Below are positions 37,484 through 48,138 of a DNA stretch of 64,000 nt, piece by piece. The position numbers were made by a program, and so were the translations under genes. The notes under the pieces were generated by a model that saw only the letters and a program-made list of their open reading frames with translations, did not search any database and was not told where the DNA came from. Each line of letters opens with the position of its first letter. Positions within the stretch are counted from its first letter, which is position 1. Origin of the DNA: Segatella copri (GTDB lineage Bacteria; Bacillota; Negativicutes; Acidaminococcales; Acidaminococcaceae); NCBI GenBank assembly GCA_963597755.1, contig CAVBQX010000001.1, forward strand, positions 40,533-104,532. The letters are read 5' to 3'.

Positions 37484-40011
37484 CGTTTATCAAGCTCCTT
37501 TTTAATGGCATTATCTATATATTCCTGGAACTTTTCCATGCCCTCGGTAATACGGATATCCATATTCAGGATATACAGCGGTATTTCGCGGGCAGAATAA
37601 ATAAATTCTGTGGGGATCTTTACAGCATCCTTGGCCGTTGTAACCATAGCCACTGCCTTCAGGCTGCTGGCGCGTTCATTAATATATTGCATCTCCAGCA
37701 TACCATAATCATGATGATCAGGGTAACGCACTGCCTCCATGATATTCAAGCCAATGCTCGACAATGTCTGTTCAAAGGAGGACGGATTGCCGATAGCGGA
37801 AAAAACCATAACGTCCTTATCCCTCAGCTCATCCAAGCCCTTGATATTTTCAGCAATGCCCTTGTACCAGTCAGCAATTTCTACAAAATTTTTAGGATGG
37901 TGAATACTCTCTACTACCGGTGCCCTGTTGTTATACATAGCTATAGTATGACGCAACTGAATACGGTTCAGCTTACTGCTCTGGTCTGTCTTTGTCAGCA
38001 AAAACAAATCACCACGCGCCAGGTTCTGCAGCGGCTCACGCAGTGTACCACGCGGCAGCACACAGCCGTTGCCAAACATATTCAGTGTATCCACCAATAC
38101 TACGTCAAGATCGCGCTCCAATTGCCAATGCTGGTAGCCATCGTCCATAATAATGACCTCAGCATTGAGCTTATCTACAGCATAGCGGCCGGTAACTGCA
38201 CGGCTTTTGCCGATAATTACCGGAATACCAGGTAATGTTTTTGCCATCAGGTATGCCTCATCACCAGCCTCATAGGCCGTCATAAAAATTTTGTTACCAT
38301 CAGAAACTACGCCAAGCTCCTTACCCCAATGTGAACGATAACCACGGTTCAAAATAACTACGCGGTAACCCATTGCTTTGATGATTGCAGCCATCTTCTG
38401 TGCTGTAGGGGTTTTGCCTGTACCGCCAACGGTGATATTACCAATAGAAATAACACAACAATTAAGCTTTTCCTTATGCAGGAGTCCGCATTTGTATAAT
38501 GCCAGCTTACAGCAGACACCGAATTCATACAAATAAGACATCCCTCGCAGCACTGCCAAAAGCAGCCAGCCCATAAATGGTGTGTCCGGGCCATAGGCAA
38601 CCTGCATAATATATTGGATAACCGCATCACCATGACGCAGGCGTCCACCGCCCTCATCCGTCAGGTTACGGGTATTTATCGGATATTTTTTATACTCACG
38701 TGCGGGCACGGCTGTTAAATCCAGCAACTCCTTGAGATAGTGAATGCTGCGTACATCAGCACCACGGTTTTCCTTAATAACCTGCAAGGATGCTGCTCCC
38801 ATCTGCGCACGACGTTCATCATTTTTAATAATATCCAGGATTTCGCTAGTCAATTCAGCAGTACTGTTTACCATTTTGCAGGCCTTAACCTTGCTTAAAA
38901 GAGCATACGAATCCTTAAAGTTTTGCATACTAGGTCCCACTAAAATAGGCTTGGCATGGGCAGCAGGCTCTAGTACGTTATGTCCGCCGGTATTACTAAA
39001 GGAACCACCCACAAAAACAACGTCGCCTACAGCGTAAATACGTCCCAGCTCGCCGATTGTGTCAATAATAAGCAGGGGATAGCTTTTGCGTTCACCGCTT
39101 TCCTGCTGCATTTGCGATCTAAAGCCGGTTTCGTAGCCATAATGGCCGGCTAGCTTAGCAATTTCATCGGCACGGGCAGTTTTGCGCGGTGCGATAACCA
39201 GACGTGCATCAGGATACAGCATACGTATTCCCTTAAAGGCTTCCAAAAGAATCTTTTCTTCACCAGGATGGGTAGAGCCGGCAACAATTACCGGATAATC
39301 CTCCTTCAAACCCAGCTCCATACGATACCTTGCCAAATCCTCCGGAGTCACCTCTGCATAGGTCTGGTCAAATTTGGTGTTGCCTGTCACAAATATCTTG
39401 CTTCGGTCTGCACCCAAATGCGCAATATAATCTGCATCGATGCTAGACTGCATACAAAAACGCGTCACGGTGTTAAGCATATCATCCCAAATACCGTATA
39501 GGTATCTGTAATTTTTAACGGATTTTTCAGAGATACGGCCATTAACCATCATTACAGGAATATGACGTTCGCGGATGGCACGCAAAAAGTTCGGCCACAG
39601 CTCTGTTTCTACCGGCATAAATACACCTGGATGGATGCGTTTAACTAAAGACTCAGCCACAAAGGGAAGATCCAACGGGAAGTAGATAATAGCGTCTGCC
39701 TCAGGAATAATCTGCTTGGCCATATTATATCCGCCAACAGTAAATGCCGAAACCAAAACAGGACGATCAGGCATTTCCTTGCGGATTTGCTTGACCAAAG
39801 GACTTGTCGCCACAATTTCGCCTACAGATGCACCATGGATCCATATGCAATCCTTGCGCATAACCTTAGTGATTTCCTTTTCATCTACGCAGCCCAGGCT
39901 CTGCTTAAAGCGCAGGCCAAAGCCTTTTTCAGTAAAGAGGCGGTAGGTGTAGTATGGGATGATAAAAACCACCAGCACTATTAAAATAAGAATGTTATAA
40001 AGAATATACAT
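37480..40011 (-). CDS. waaA-lpxK: Fused KDO transferase (WaaA/KdtA) and lipid A 4'-kinase (LpxK)
   Basis: N half: WIHGASVGE, ETELWPN, AGSTH, GGHN.LEP. C half: GNITVGGTGKTP, RGY, DDGYQH, LPRG.LRE, DHH, T.KDAVK. Confidence 0.93.
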   Translation of the reverse strand: MYILYNILILIVLVVFIIPYYTYRLFTEKGFGLRFKQSLGCVDEKEITKVMRKDCIWIHGASVGEIVATSPLVKQIRKEMPDRPVLVSAFTVGGYNMAKQIIPEADAIIYFPLDLPFVAESLVKRIHPGVFMPVETELWPNFLRAIRERHIPVMMVNGRISEKSVKNYRYLYGIWDDMLNTVTRFCMQSSIDADYIAHLGADRSKIFVTGNTKFDQTYAEVTPEDLARYRMELGLKEDYPVIVAGSTHPGEEKILLEAFKGIRMLYPDARLVIAPRKTARADEIAKLAGHYGYETGFRSQMQQESGERKSYPLLIIDTIGELGRIYAVGDVVFVGGSFSNTGGHNVLEPAAHAKPILVGPSMQNFKDSYALLSKVKACKMVNSTAELTSEILDIIKNDERRAQMGAASLQVIKENRGADVRSIHYLKELLDLTAVPAREYKKYPINTRNLTDEGGGRLRHGDAVIQYIMQVAYGPDTPFMGWLLLAVLRGMSYLYEFGVCCKLALYKCGLLHKEKLNCCVISIGNITVGGTGKTPTAQKMAAIIKAMGYRVVILNRGYRSHWGKELGVVSDGNKIFMTAYEAGDEAYLMAKTLPGIPVIIGKSRAVTGRYAVDKLNAEVIIMDDGYQHWQLERDLDVVLVDTLNMFGNGCVLPRGTLREPLQNLARGDLFLLTKTDQSSKLNRIQLRHTIAMYNNRAPVVESIHHPKNFVEIADWYKGIAENIKGLDELRDKDVMVFSAIGNPSSFEQTLSSIGLNIMEAVRYPDHHDYGMLEMQYINERASSLKAVAMVTTAKDAVKIPTEFIYSAREIPLYILNMDIRITEGMEKFQEYIDNAIKKELDKR

Positions 40012-40030
40012 GCACTAACCTCTTTTCGCC

Positions 40031-41764
40031 TTACTTAGCTTCTTTACTGCGATACTGAATTTTATATAGATGCGCATACAAGCCATCTATAGCCATCAAC
40101 TCATCATGAGTTCCCTGCTCTACAAGACAGCCTTTTTCTAAGACCATAATTTTATCTGCGTTTTTAATCGTCGAAAGCCTATGAGCAATAACAAAGGAGG
40201 TACGACCAATCATCAAACGGTCCAAGGCCTCCTGCACGACGCGCTCACTTTCAGTATCCAAAGCAGAGGTAGCTTCGTCTAGAATCAATATCTGTGGATT
40301 TTTTAATATTGCCCGGGCAATAGAAATACGCTGACGCTGACCACCTGAAATATTCACGCCGCGGTCGCCCAGCATTGTCTGGTAGCCATCCGGCAAACCC
40401 ATAATAAAGTTGTGAGCGTTGGCAGCCTTAGCTGCAGCTTCAACCTCCTCGGCCGTTGCATCCAAGCGACCATAAAGAATATTATCATACACAGTACCAT
40501 TAAAGAGCACTGTTTCCTGCGGCACAATACCCACCTGCTCACGCAGGGAATTAAGCGTTACCTTACGGATATCCTGACCATCGATGAGAATGTCACCACT
40601 AGTTACATCATAAAAACGCGGCAAAAGGCTGGCAATAGTAGACTTACCCGCACCGGAAGGACCGACGAAGGCAATCATTTCGCCAGGCTTAACGTCAAAG
40701 GAAATATCATTTAAAACCTCATCACCGCTGTTGTAGGCAAAGGAAACATTTTCAAAGCGCACATTGCCCTTTACCGGAGGCAAAACCTTGGCATCAGGGG
40801 CATTTTTAATAATTTCAGGCAGATCCAATACGTCAAAGACACGCTGTGCTGCTGCCAATGCTTTTTGAATATTACCGATAACACGGCTCAAACGCTTTAT
40901 AGGATTAGAAATATTAACAGCATAGGTCAAAAACGCCACCAAAGAACCAGCGGTAATGCTGCCATTGATAACGCTGTTGCCACCATACCAAAGGATAATG
41001 GACACGCCCACTGCAGCCACAAATTCAATCGTCGGCGTAAGCGTAGAGGAAAGCTGCGCATACTTCATGTTAGCATGAAAGTTATTCATGTTTTCCTTAT
41101 CAAAACGGTTTACCTCGTATTCCTCACGCACAAAGGATTTGATAACACGCGGGGAGGAGGCCACCTCCTGCAGCACAGACGTAATATCCGCCGTAGCCTC
41201 CTGAATGCGGCTGCCAGACTTACGGATACGCTTGCCGAAGCTGTCAATAAACCACAAAACGACCGGGAATGTTGCAAAAGTAACCAAAAACAGCTTCCAA
41301 TCTAAATATAGCATCATAACGATGGAAACTATCAAAATTACGCTTTCAGTAAACATTTCCACAACGTTTTCCACCATTGCCGATTGCAATGCGTTGACGT
41401 CGTTAGTTACATAACTCATGATAGTACCAGTTTTATTTTTATCGTAAAAGGACAGGCTCAAGCGCTGCAGCTTTTCAAAAACCTCTTTGCGAATATCAAT
41501 AATCACACGCTGGCCCACATAGTTCATCAGATAACTTTGCCCATAATATGAGATACCACGAATAATAAATACCACGACAATGCTGATAACAATGTAATTT
41601 AGCATTGAAGTATCTTTATCTCGCAGCACCTGGTCGACCATGTCCTTGATAACCCACGGCAGGTAGGCAGTACAGCCAGAGGCAATGCCGGTGCAGATTA
41701 TAGCGGCCAAGGCTCTCTGCCAATAACCTTTAACATATTTTAACGATCTTAAGTATAAATTCAT
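40031..41764 (-). CDS. msbA: Lipid A/LPS flippase ABC transporter
   Basis: TMD plus NBD (GPSGAGKST, ISGGQRQR, DEATSALD); between lpxB and waaA. Confidence 0.88.
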   Translation of the reverse strand: MNLYLRSLKYVKGYWQRALAAIICTGIASGCTAYLPWVIKDMVDQVLRDKDTSMLNYIVISIVVVFIIRGISYYGQSYLMNYVGQRVIIDIRKEVFEKLQRLSLSFYDKNKTGTIMSYVTNDVNALQSAMVENVVEMFTESVILIVSIVMMLYLDWKLFLVTFATFPVVLWFIDSFGKRIRKSGSRIQEATADITSVLQEVASSPRVIKSFVREEYEVNRFDKENMNNFHANMKYAQLSSTLTPTIEFVAAVGVSIILWYGGNSVINGSITAGSLVAFLTYAVNISNPIKRLSRVIGNIQKALAAAQRVFDVLDLPEIIKNAPDAKVLPPVKGNVRFENVSFAYNSGDEVLNDISFDVKPGEMIAFVGPSGAGKSTIASLLPRFYDVTSGDILIDGQDIRKVTLNSLREQVGIVPQETVLFNGTVYDNILYGRLDATAEEVEAAAKAANAHNFIMGLPDGYQTMLGDRGVNISGGQRQRISIARAILKNPQILILDEATSALDTESERVVQEALDRLMIGRTSFVIAHRLSTIKNADKIMVLEKGCLVEQGTHDELMAIDGLYAHLYKIQYRSKEAK

Positions 41765-42897
41765 TTTTTCTCCTCAGCTATTTTTAGTATTAATTGTGCT
41801 ACACGTCCCACGGCACCAGGATCTCCCAAACGCTGCTTCATATAGGCTAAATCCTTTTGCAACGCCTCCTGGCGCTCAGGTGCCAGCAGCTCCTTTGCCG
41901 TTTGCGCTAACTTTTGGGGTGTAAAGTCTTCCTGCAGCAGCTCTGGCAAAATAGTTTTTCCGGCCACAATATTGGGCAGGCCGATATTGGGAATATTGAT
42001 CACTAAGCGCGCAATAAACGCGTTTAATGCCGATGTACGGTAAACAATTACACTTGGCAGACCGCAAAGAGCCGCTTCCAGTGTTACAGTGCCACTAGTT
42101 GCCAGCGCCAAATCCGCTACGCTGAACAAATCATAGTTGTAGCCCTCGGTAATCTTCACATCCAGTCCCGATGCTGCTATTTTTTCCTGCAGCATGGTCA
42201 GCGGTATCGTGCCCGCACGCGGCATAGCAAACTGTACATCCGGCATTTGCTCCTTGAGCAGCTTCGCTCCAGCCAAAAGCGTCGGCAGCATCTTTTCTAT
42301 CTCCATCAGACGGCTTCCCGGCATAATCAGCACCAGCTTTTTACCTGGTTGCTTGCCAGCCCATTGCTCGGCCTCAACGCGCTGCATTTGGGGATGTACA
42401 ATATCTAGCAGTGGATGACCGACAAATTCTACAGGAGCGCCAGCTTCTTTATATACATCATATTCAAAAGGGAAAATACATGCGACCTTATCTACTATTT
42501 TGGCGACGTTTTTTGCACGTCCCTTATTCCAGGCCCAAGCCGACGGCGCAATATAAGATACAACAGGTATACCTTTATCATGTGCCAGCTTAGCGAGTTT
42601 CATATTAAACCCCGGGTAATCTACAACAACCAGGCAGTCTGGCTTGCGCTCGTCCATAACACGCGCAAAAGCATTGCGCAGACGGAACAAATCCGGCAGC
42701 TTGCGGATCACCTCCACAAAACCCATAACGCCATGATCCTTGATGTCCCACAGCACCTCACCACCGGCATTGCGCAAGGCATCTCCGCCCATGCCAAAAA
42801 CCTCGGCAGTGCTATCTAATTTCTTTATAGCAGCCGTTACAGCAGCTGCATGGATATCGCCAGAGGCTTCTCCGGCAGATATTAAAATTTTCGCCAT
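41761..42897 (-). CDS. lpxB: Lipid-A-disaccharide synthase
   Basis: SAGEASGD, DYPGFN, GHPL, PGSR, SGTVTLE; start after an AAGGAG RBS. Confidence 0.96.
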   Translation of the reverse strand: MAKILISAGEASGDIHAAAVTAAIKKLDSTAEVFGMGGDALRNAGGEVLWDIKDHGVMGFVEVIRKLPDLFRLRNAFARVMDERKPDCLVVVDYPGFNMKLAKLAHDKGIPVVSYIAPSAWAWNKGRAKNVAKIVDKVACIFPFEYDVYKEAGAPVEFVGHPLLDIVHPQMQRVEAEQWAGKQPGKKLVLIMPGSRLMEIEKMLPTLLAGAKLLKEQMPDVQFAMPRAGTIPLTMLQEKIAASGLDVKITEGYNYDLFSVADLALATSGTVTLEAALCGLPSVIVYRTSALNAFIARLVINIPNIGLPNIVAGKTILPELLQEDFTPQKLAQTAKELLAPERQEALQKDLAYMKQRLGDPGAVGRVAQLILKIAEEKK

Positions 42898-42945
42898 GAT
42901 GTCTCCTTGCATTAACCTATACATATTCAGTTTATATTATAACAC

Positions 42946-42976
42946 AAAAAGCGGCTGACATAAGCTATCAGCCGCT
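42946..42976 (-). terminator. Terminator after lpxI
   Basis: AGCGGCTGA/TCAGCCGCT stem plus U-tract; an extended -10 (TGTTATAAT) for lpxB follows. Confidence 0.65.
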
Positions 42977-43001
42977 AAGAAATGCGAAATTTTTACGATA
43001 T

Positions 43002-43808
43002 TTATTTAACAAGAATCGTTATATTATGCTCATCTGCTAATGCAATTGTCTTTTCGCGCTCTGTAATCAGCGTATTGCCTGCTTCAATAATAATGCCGGT
43101 CGCACCTGCATAAATCATCGACTCCAAAGTTTTAGTACCAAAGCCCGGAATATCAAAGCGTTGATCCTGTGCCGGCTTGGCAGCCTTGGCCACAATCACG
43201 CCGCCCTTACCCAGGTAACCGCCGCGCAGAATGCACGCATCAGTTCCTTCTATAGCTTCCACAGCCATCACCGCGCGGTTTTTGACAACAACCGTCTGAC
43301 CGATATCTAGTCCACCGATAGCCTTAGCCATTTCAAAGCCAAACTCCATATCCGCAAGCTCTGCTTCAGTCGGTGCACGCTTAGTGAGTACGCCAGGCTG
43401 TGGCAGAAGTGGCTTTATCAAAAGCGTCTGGTCCATTACCTCAATGCCTTCACTCTCCAGCTCCTTGACGATAGCATTCATAATGGTATCATCCTTACGG
43501 TCAGGAACTGAAGCCAAAATCTTGATAGCGCGCAAATCCGGAACAATGGCCCCGGCCTTATAAAGAACCTCTTTTGTCACCTTGCCAATCAGAGTAACCT
43601 TAGTAACCTTGTTCTTTTTTAAAGTAGAAATAATCTTGCCGATTTTACCTATGTTAATATCGTAGTAAGCATCTACGCTTGCAGGCAGCTCCTCATCAAT
43701 GCCGGGAACTACACCCACAGCAATCACATGGTATCCCTGCTCCTTAGCAGAGCGTGCCACCTCTACAGGCAGATGCCCCACACCCGAAAGTACGCCTAGC
43801 ACATCCAT
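43002..43808 (-). CDS. lpxI: UDP-2,3-diacylglucosamine pyrophosphatase LpxI
   Basis: G.G.LP, DIGQTVVV, AVEAIEGTD, QDQRFD.P motifs; lpxA-lpxI-lpxB order. Confidence 0.92.
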   Translation of the reverse strand: MDVLGVLSGVGHLPVEVARSAKEQGYHVIAVGVVPGIDEELPASVDAYYDINIGKIGKIISTLKKNKVTKVTLIGKVTKEVLYKAGAIVPDLRAIKILASVPDRKDDTIMNAIVKELESEGIEVMDQTLLIKPLLPQPGVLTKRAPTEAELADMEFGFEMAKAIGGLDIGQTVVVKNRAVMAVEAIEGTDACILRGGYLGKGGVIVAKAAKPAQDQRFDIPGFGTKTLESMIYAGATGIIIEAGNTLITEREKTIALADEHNITILVK

Positions 43809-43812
43809 ACGA

Positions 43813-44628
43813 TTAACCTCTGCGGGTACGGATGATGCCGCGCTCTACATTACGCAAAAAGCGCAGCAAATGCTCGATGGGCTCAGAGCTGTTGAGCTCC
43901 TGCTCCATGGTGCTGATAGCCTCCTGCAATGGCAAACCGCTGCGATAGAGAATGCGGAAAGCCTTTTTCAGCTCACTGCGCTCCTCTACGGGCATGCCCG
44001 CACGGGACAGACCGACGCTGTTAAGACCGGATACGAAGGCTGGATCGCCGGCACAAATCATGAACGGCGGCACATCCTGATTGCAACGCGCCATACCGCC
44101 AATCATAGCATTGCGGCCGATCTTGCAGAATTGATGCACTGCCGACAGACCACCAATAACAGCGCGATCCTCAACAATGACATGACCAGCCAAGGTTGCC
44201 ACATTAGACATAATGACATTATTGCCAACAATGCAGTTATGCGCTACATGAGTATAGGCCATCATCAAAATATTATTGCCAATGCGGGTTTCATTGCCCT
44301 CACCCACTGCCCTGTTAACAGTACAGCATTCGCGGAAGTCCCCGCCATCACCAATAATCGTGTAAGTCTTTTCACCCACAAACTTTAAATCCTGAGGCAC
44401 CGCCCCGATAGAGCAGCCTGGGAAAAAGCGGCAATTCTTGCCTATTTTGGTATATGGGTGGATGGTTACATTGGCACCAATGATACAGCCATCACCAATT
44501 TCTGTATTTTCATCAATCACAGCATGTGGCCCCACACTTACATCCTTGCCCAAAATAGCAGAAGGATGGATAATAGCGGTAGGATGAATACCACTAGCCG
44601 GCAGTATAATTGAAGACATTACTTTCAC
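43813..44628 (-). CDS. lpxA: UDP-GlcNAc O-acyltransferase
   Basis: IHPTAI, PQDLKF, HVAHNC, VHQF, hexapeptide repeats. Confidence 0.96.
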   Translation of the reverse strand: MKVMSSIILPASGIHPTAIIHPSAILGKDVSVGPHAVIDENTEIGDGCIIGANVTIHPYTKIGKNCRFFPGCSIGAVPQDLKFVGEKTYTIIGDGGDFRECCTVNRAVGEGNETRIGNNILMMAYTHVAHNCIVGNNVIMSNVATLAGHVIVEDRAVIGGLSAVHQFCKIGRNAMIGGMARCNQDVPPFMICAGDPAFVSGLNSVGLSRAGMPVEERSELKKAFRILYRSGLPLQEAISTMEQELNSSEPIEHLLRFLRNVERGIIRTRRG

Positions 44629-44798
44629 TCCCCAAACAAATATTAATCAAGCAATTAAATACAAAACATAATACTATAATCACCTGTACTAGTGTATTTT
44701 CACATGCCAAAAAGCACGGTTAAATTAATTTAGGCTTAATTATAGCTCTTTTTTTCAGTATTACTTGCTTTTACAGCTATTTTTGTATTTTTTGCTGA

Positions 44799-45245
44799 TT
44801 ATGCTTCTTTGGGATCCATAATAGCAAAGGTGCAGTCACATTCGCAGGCAACCTTGCCATCTACACGCCCTTCGCAATGAATAATCCCCATGTTAGCACG
44901 CATAATCTTGGTAACCTCAGCGGTGGTAACAACCTGGTCTCCAGGCACAACCTGCTTGCGGAAGCGGACGTTATCAATTTTAGCGAAAACAGCAATCTTG
45001 CCGCGGTTTTCTTCGGGATACAGCATAGCAACACCGCCAACCTGGGCCATAGCTTCGATCAAAAGCACACCCGGCATAATCGGCTCGTTGGGGAAATGTC
45101 CCAAAAACTGCATTTCATTAGCGGTAATATTTTTAATACCAACTGCACGCTTCATCGGTTCAATTTCCAAAATGCGGTCTACCAACAGCATAGGATAACG
45201 GTGCGGCAGAATCTTTTTAATTTCATTGATATCTAAGACTGTCAT
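44799..45245 (-). CDS. fabZ: 3-hydroxyacyl-ACP dehydratase
   Basis: [27 protein letters not shown]. Confidence 0.97.
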   Translation of the reverse strand: MTVLDINEIKKILPHRYPMLLVDRILEIEPMKRAVGIKNITANEMQFLGHFPNEPIMPGVLLIEAMAQVGGVAMLYPEENRGKIAVFAKIDNVRFRKQVVPGDQVVTTAEVTKIMRANMGIIHCEGRVDGKVACECDCTFAIMDPKEA

Positions 45246-45248
45246 TAT

Positions 45249-46097
45249 TTACTCCCCCTTTGTTCTGTAAGCCTGAATCTGCTTGGCGATCTTGGAATTA
45301 AAGGCATGACCCGTTTTTACTGCTATCACATGTGCCTTAATGGGTCCCAACAAATACAAATCACCTACAGCATCAAGAATTTTATGTCTGATAAGTTCGT
45401 TATCATAGCGTGGAACAGAAAGAATCTTCTCCTCGTCAAAGACAACTACATTTTCCAATGAACCGCCCAAGCCCAGACCCATCTTGCGCAGCATTTCCAG
45501 CTCACTAGTGAAGGCTACCGTCCTGGCAGCCATAATTTCTTTTTTAAAGCTTTCCTTATCCAGCTCAATATCAAAATATTGCGTTCCCAGCATCGGATGA
45601 CTGTTGATCGAAGTAAAGGATACCCTGTAGCCATCATAGGGCAAAATTGCAATATAGCGGTCACCATCATATACGGAAAACGCCTTATCAACAGCATATA
45701 TTTTGCGCTCTGCCTGCTGCGCCACCGGCTGTGCCTTTTCAATCAGCTCACAAAAAACCTTAGCACTGCCATCTGTAACCGGCGGCTCAGGGGACGACAT
45801 TTCTATGCGTATATTATCAATCGCCAGCATCGACAGCGCCCCCATCAGATGCTCTACCGTAAAGACCTCCGCACCATTGGCGCTAAGAGTTGTTGCTTTT
45901 ATCGTGGAGCTGACGTTTTCAGCCAAAGCCTTAATTTCCGGCCTGCCTGGCAAGTCTGTACGGATGAAGACAATACCCGTGTTTTCAGCCGCGGGTTTGA
46001 GTGTCATCAGCACATCCTTACCAGAATGCAGACCAATACCGGAATAGGATACTTCCTTAGCAATTGTATGCTGATACTCTTTTATTTGCTCGGTCAT
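45249..46097 (-). CDS. lpxC: UDP-3-O-acyl-GlcNAc deacetylase
   Basis: GIGLHSG, TVEHL, HKILD.VGD, GH motifs. Confidence 0.96.
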   Translation of the reverse strand: MTEQIKEYQHTIAKEVSYSGIGLHSGKDVLMTLKPAAENTGIVFIRTDLPGRPEIKALAENVSSTIKATTLSANGAEVFTVEHLMGALSMLAIDNIRIEMSSPEPPVTDGSAKVFCELIEKAQPVAQQAERKIYAVDKAFSVYDGDRYIAILPYDGYRVSFTSINSHPMLGTQYFDIELDKESFKKEIMAARTVAFTSELEMLRKMGLGLGGSLENVVVFDEEKILSVPRYDNELIRHKILDAVGDLYLLGPIKAHVIAVKTGHAFNSKIAKQIQAYRTKGE

Positions 46098-46120
46098 TTT
46101 GCTCCTCCTTTTTCCAATAG

Positions 46121-47011
46121 TTATTTTTTCTTACCAAAACGCTGTCTGCCATCCTTCCAACGGTCGTGCACCCAAAACCACATTTCAGGATGATCAATAA
46201 TTTCGTGCTCTAAAATAGTCACCAGTTTACGGGTAACAGCGTAAAAATCCTGTTCCTTATTTTTAGTTTTGGGCGTGTACAGCGCCGGATAAATTTTGGC
46301 TGTACAGGTGCCGTTTTCATTGTTATGCAAAAAAATCGGCAAAATCGGCGATCCGTAAATACGCGATAGTGCTGCAGGTCCAAGCGGTATAATCGACCGC
46401 TTACCAAACAAATCTATCTCAACACCATCATCATTGGTATCCTGATCAAACAGAACTCCTAGAAGTTTTTTCTCCCGTAGCATACGGCTGATAGCCAAAA
46501 GGCCATGCTCACCACGGTTATAGGTAACCTGCTGTCCCACCATCTGACGGAACTCGTTTATCAGCTTATCCATATAACCATTATTCTGCTTACGTGTTAT
46601 CGACAGCATAGGATAACCATGTAATGCCACCGTCGCCCCCAAAAGCTCCCAGTTACCATAATGGCCTGTTGCCATAATAACGCCCTTACCCAAAGCATAG
46701 GCAGCCTCCAGATGCTCCAGGCCTTCTACCTGCACCTTATTGCTTATGTTGTCCTTAGTAAGCAAAGGAAAGCGCATTACCTCTACCACCATGCGCCCAA
46801 AGCGATGCAGGCTGTCCGCAGCGATCTGCTGCGCCCGCTCCTCGCCGACTCCAAGACATTCGCGGATGTTTGCTGCTGCCATCTGCATACGCCATTTAGG
46901 CACAACCAACACTGCCACACTGCCCAAAAACTTCGCCACCAGCTTACGCAGCCACATCGGCGAAATACACATTAACCTGCTAAAAAGCTTGACTATATAA
47001 TAACCTAACAA
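46121..47011 (-). CDS. Second lipid A late acyltransferase (LpxL family)
   Basis: GHYGNWE, FDQD, WFWVHDRW. Confidence 0.87.
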   Translation of the reverse strand: MLGYYIVKLFSRLMCISPMWLRKLVAKFLGSVAVLVVPKWRMQMAAANIRECLGVGEERAQQIAADSLHRFGRMVVEVMRFPLLTKDNISNKVQVEGLEHLEAAYALGKGVIMATGHYGNWELLGATVALHGYPMLSITRKQNNGYMDKLINEFRQMVGQQVTYNRGEHGLLAISRMLREKKLLGVLFDQDTNDDGVEIDLFGKRSIIPLGPAALSRIYGSPILPIFLHNNENGTCTAKIYPALYTPKTKNKEQDFYAVTRKLVTILEHEIIDHPEMWFWVHDRWKDGRQRFGKKK

Positions 47012-47029
47012 GCTTTCACCACCTAAAAT

Positions 47030-48052
47030 TTATTTTTTCAGCTCTGCCAGTTCCTTTTCCAAGGCCTTAATACGCTTGAGCATATCGCCAACCTTACGCA
47101 CACTTGCCTCCTGGCGCAGCCATTCTTTCATTGGCATGGCAGGGAAGCCACCCATTACAGAATTATCGGGAACGTTGTTGGTGATACCGGTCCTACCACC
47201 AAAAACGCAATTGCTGCCGATAGTAATATGGCCAACGGTACCAACCTGGCCGGCAAAGGTAACATTATTTCCTACAGTTACGCTACCGGAAATGCCTACG
47301 TGTGCAACAAGCAGGCAATTTTCACCTAACACATCGTTGTGACCCAAATGTACCAGATTATCAATCTTAGTTCCTTTACCCACAATCGTGCTATCAACCG
47401 TTGCACGGTCAATACAGGTGTTATTGCCGATTTCCACATCATCACACAGCACTACGTTACCGGTTTGCAGCACCTTGCTGTGCTTGCCGTTCTGGGTAAT
47501 ATAGCCAAATCCGTCGCCGCCGATAACAGCTCCGGCCTGCAAGATAACGCGGTCACCCAATACACAGTCCTCGCGAATGGTGGTATTGGGATAAAGAGTG
47601 CAATCCTTGCCCATTTTTACACGCTTGCCTACATAGGCATGCGGATAAATTACGCAACCATCGCCCACCTCGGCATCATCCTCAATAACAGCAAATGGTT
47701 GTATTGCCACGTTTGCACCAATCTTTGCTTTTTTAGACACATAAGCATAGGGACTGATAACGCGTTCAACCTCCTCCTGCGGACGGAACAGCTCCAGCAA
47801 TGCTGCAAAGGCCGCACGGGGGTTAGCTACCCTGATGACTGGACGGCCATCAAGCTCCGGATCCTCCGGACTTAAAACCATAACACCAGCTTTGGACAGA
47901 TGGCAATGCTCAACATGCGGCGGAACTGCAAACGAAATATCCTGCGCCCCTGCCTCCACCAGACCATTAACACCGGTAATACGCAATTCGGGGTTATCAT
48001 GCTCTACCGTGCCCTGTAAAAATTCAGCTAATTCTTGTACACTCTTCTCCAT
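47030..48052 (-). CDS. lpxD: UDP-3-O-acyl-glucosamine N-acyltransferase
   Basis: NPR.AF, GGDGFGY, IDRA, KIDNLVHLGHN. Confidence 0.96.
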   Translation of the reverse strand: MEKSVQELAEFLQGTVEHDNPELRITGVNGLVEAGAQDISFAVPPHVEHCHLSKAGVMVLSPEDPELDGRPVIRVANPRAAFAALLELFRPQEEVERVISPYAYVSKKAKIGANVAIQPFAVIEDDAEVGDGCVIYPHAYVGKRVKMGKDCTLYPNTTIREDCVLGDRVILQAGAVIGGDGFGYITQNGKHSKVLQTGNVVLCDDVEIGNNTCIDRATVDSTIVGKGTKIDNLVHLGHNDVLGENCLLVAHVGISGSVTVGNNVTFAGQVGTVGHITIGSNCVFGGRTGITNNVPDNSVMGGFPAMPMKEWLRQEASVRKVGDMLKRIKALEKELAELKK

Positions 48053-48098
48053 TTCATACCTCCATCAGCACACAGCCCTCTCACAAAGCTGCTTACGC

Positions 48099-48129
48099 AA
48101 AAAAGCGGGCGGACGCTCCGCCCGCTTTT
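48099..48129. terminator. Strong GC-rich terminator between skp and lpxD
   Basis: 13-bp perfect stem AAAAGCGGGCGGA/TCCGCCCGCTTTT. Confidence 0.8.
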
Positions 48130-48138
48130 GGGTGCTGC

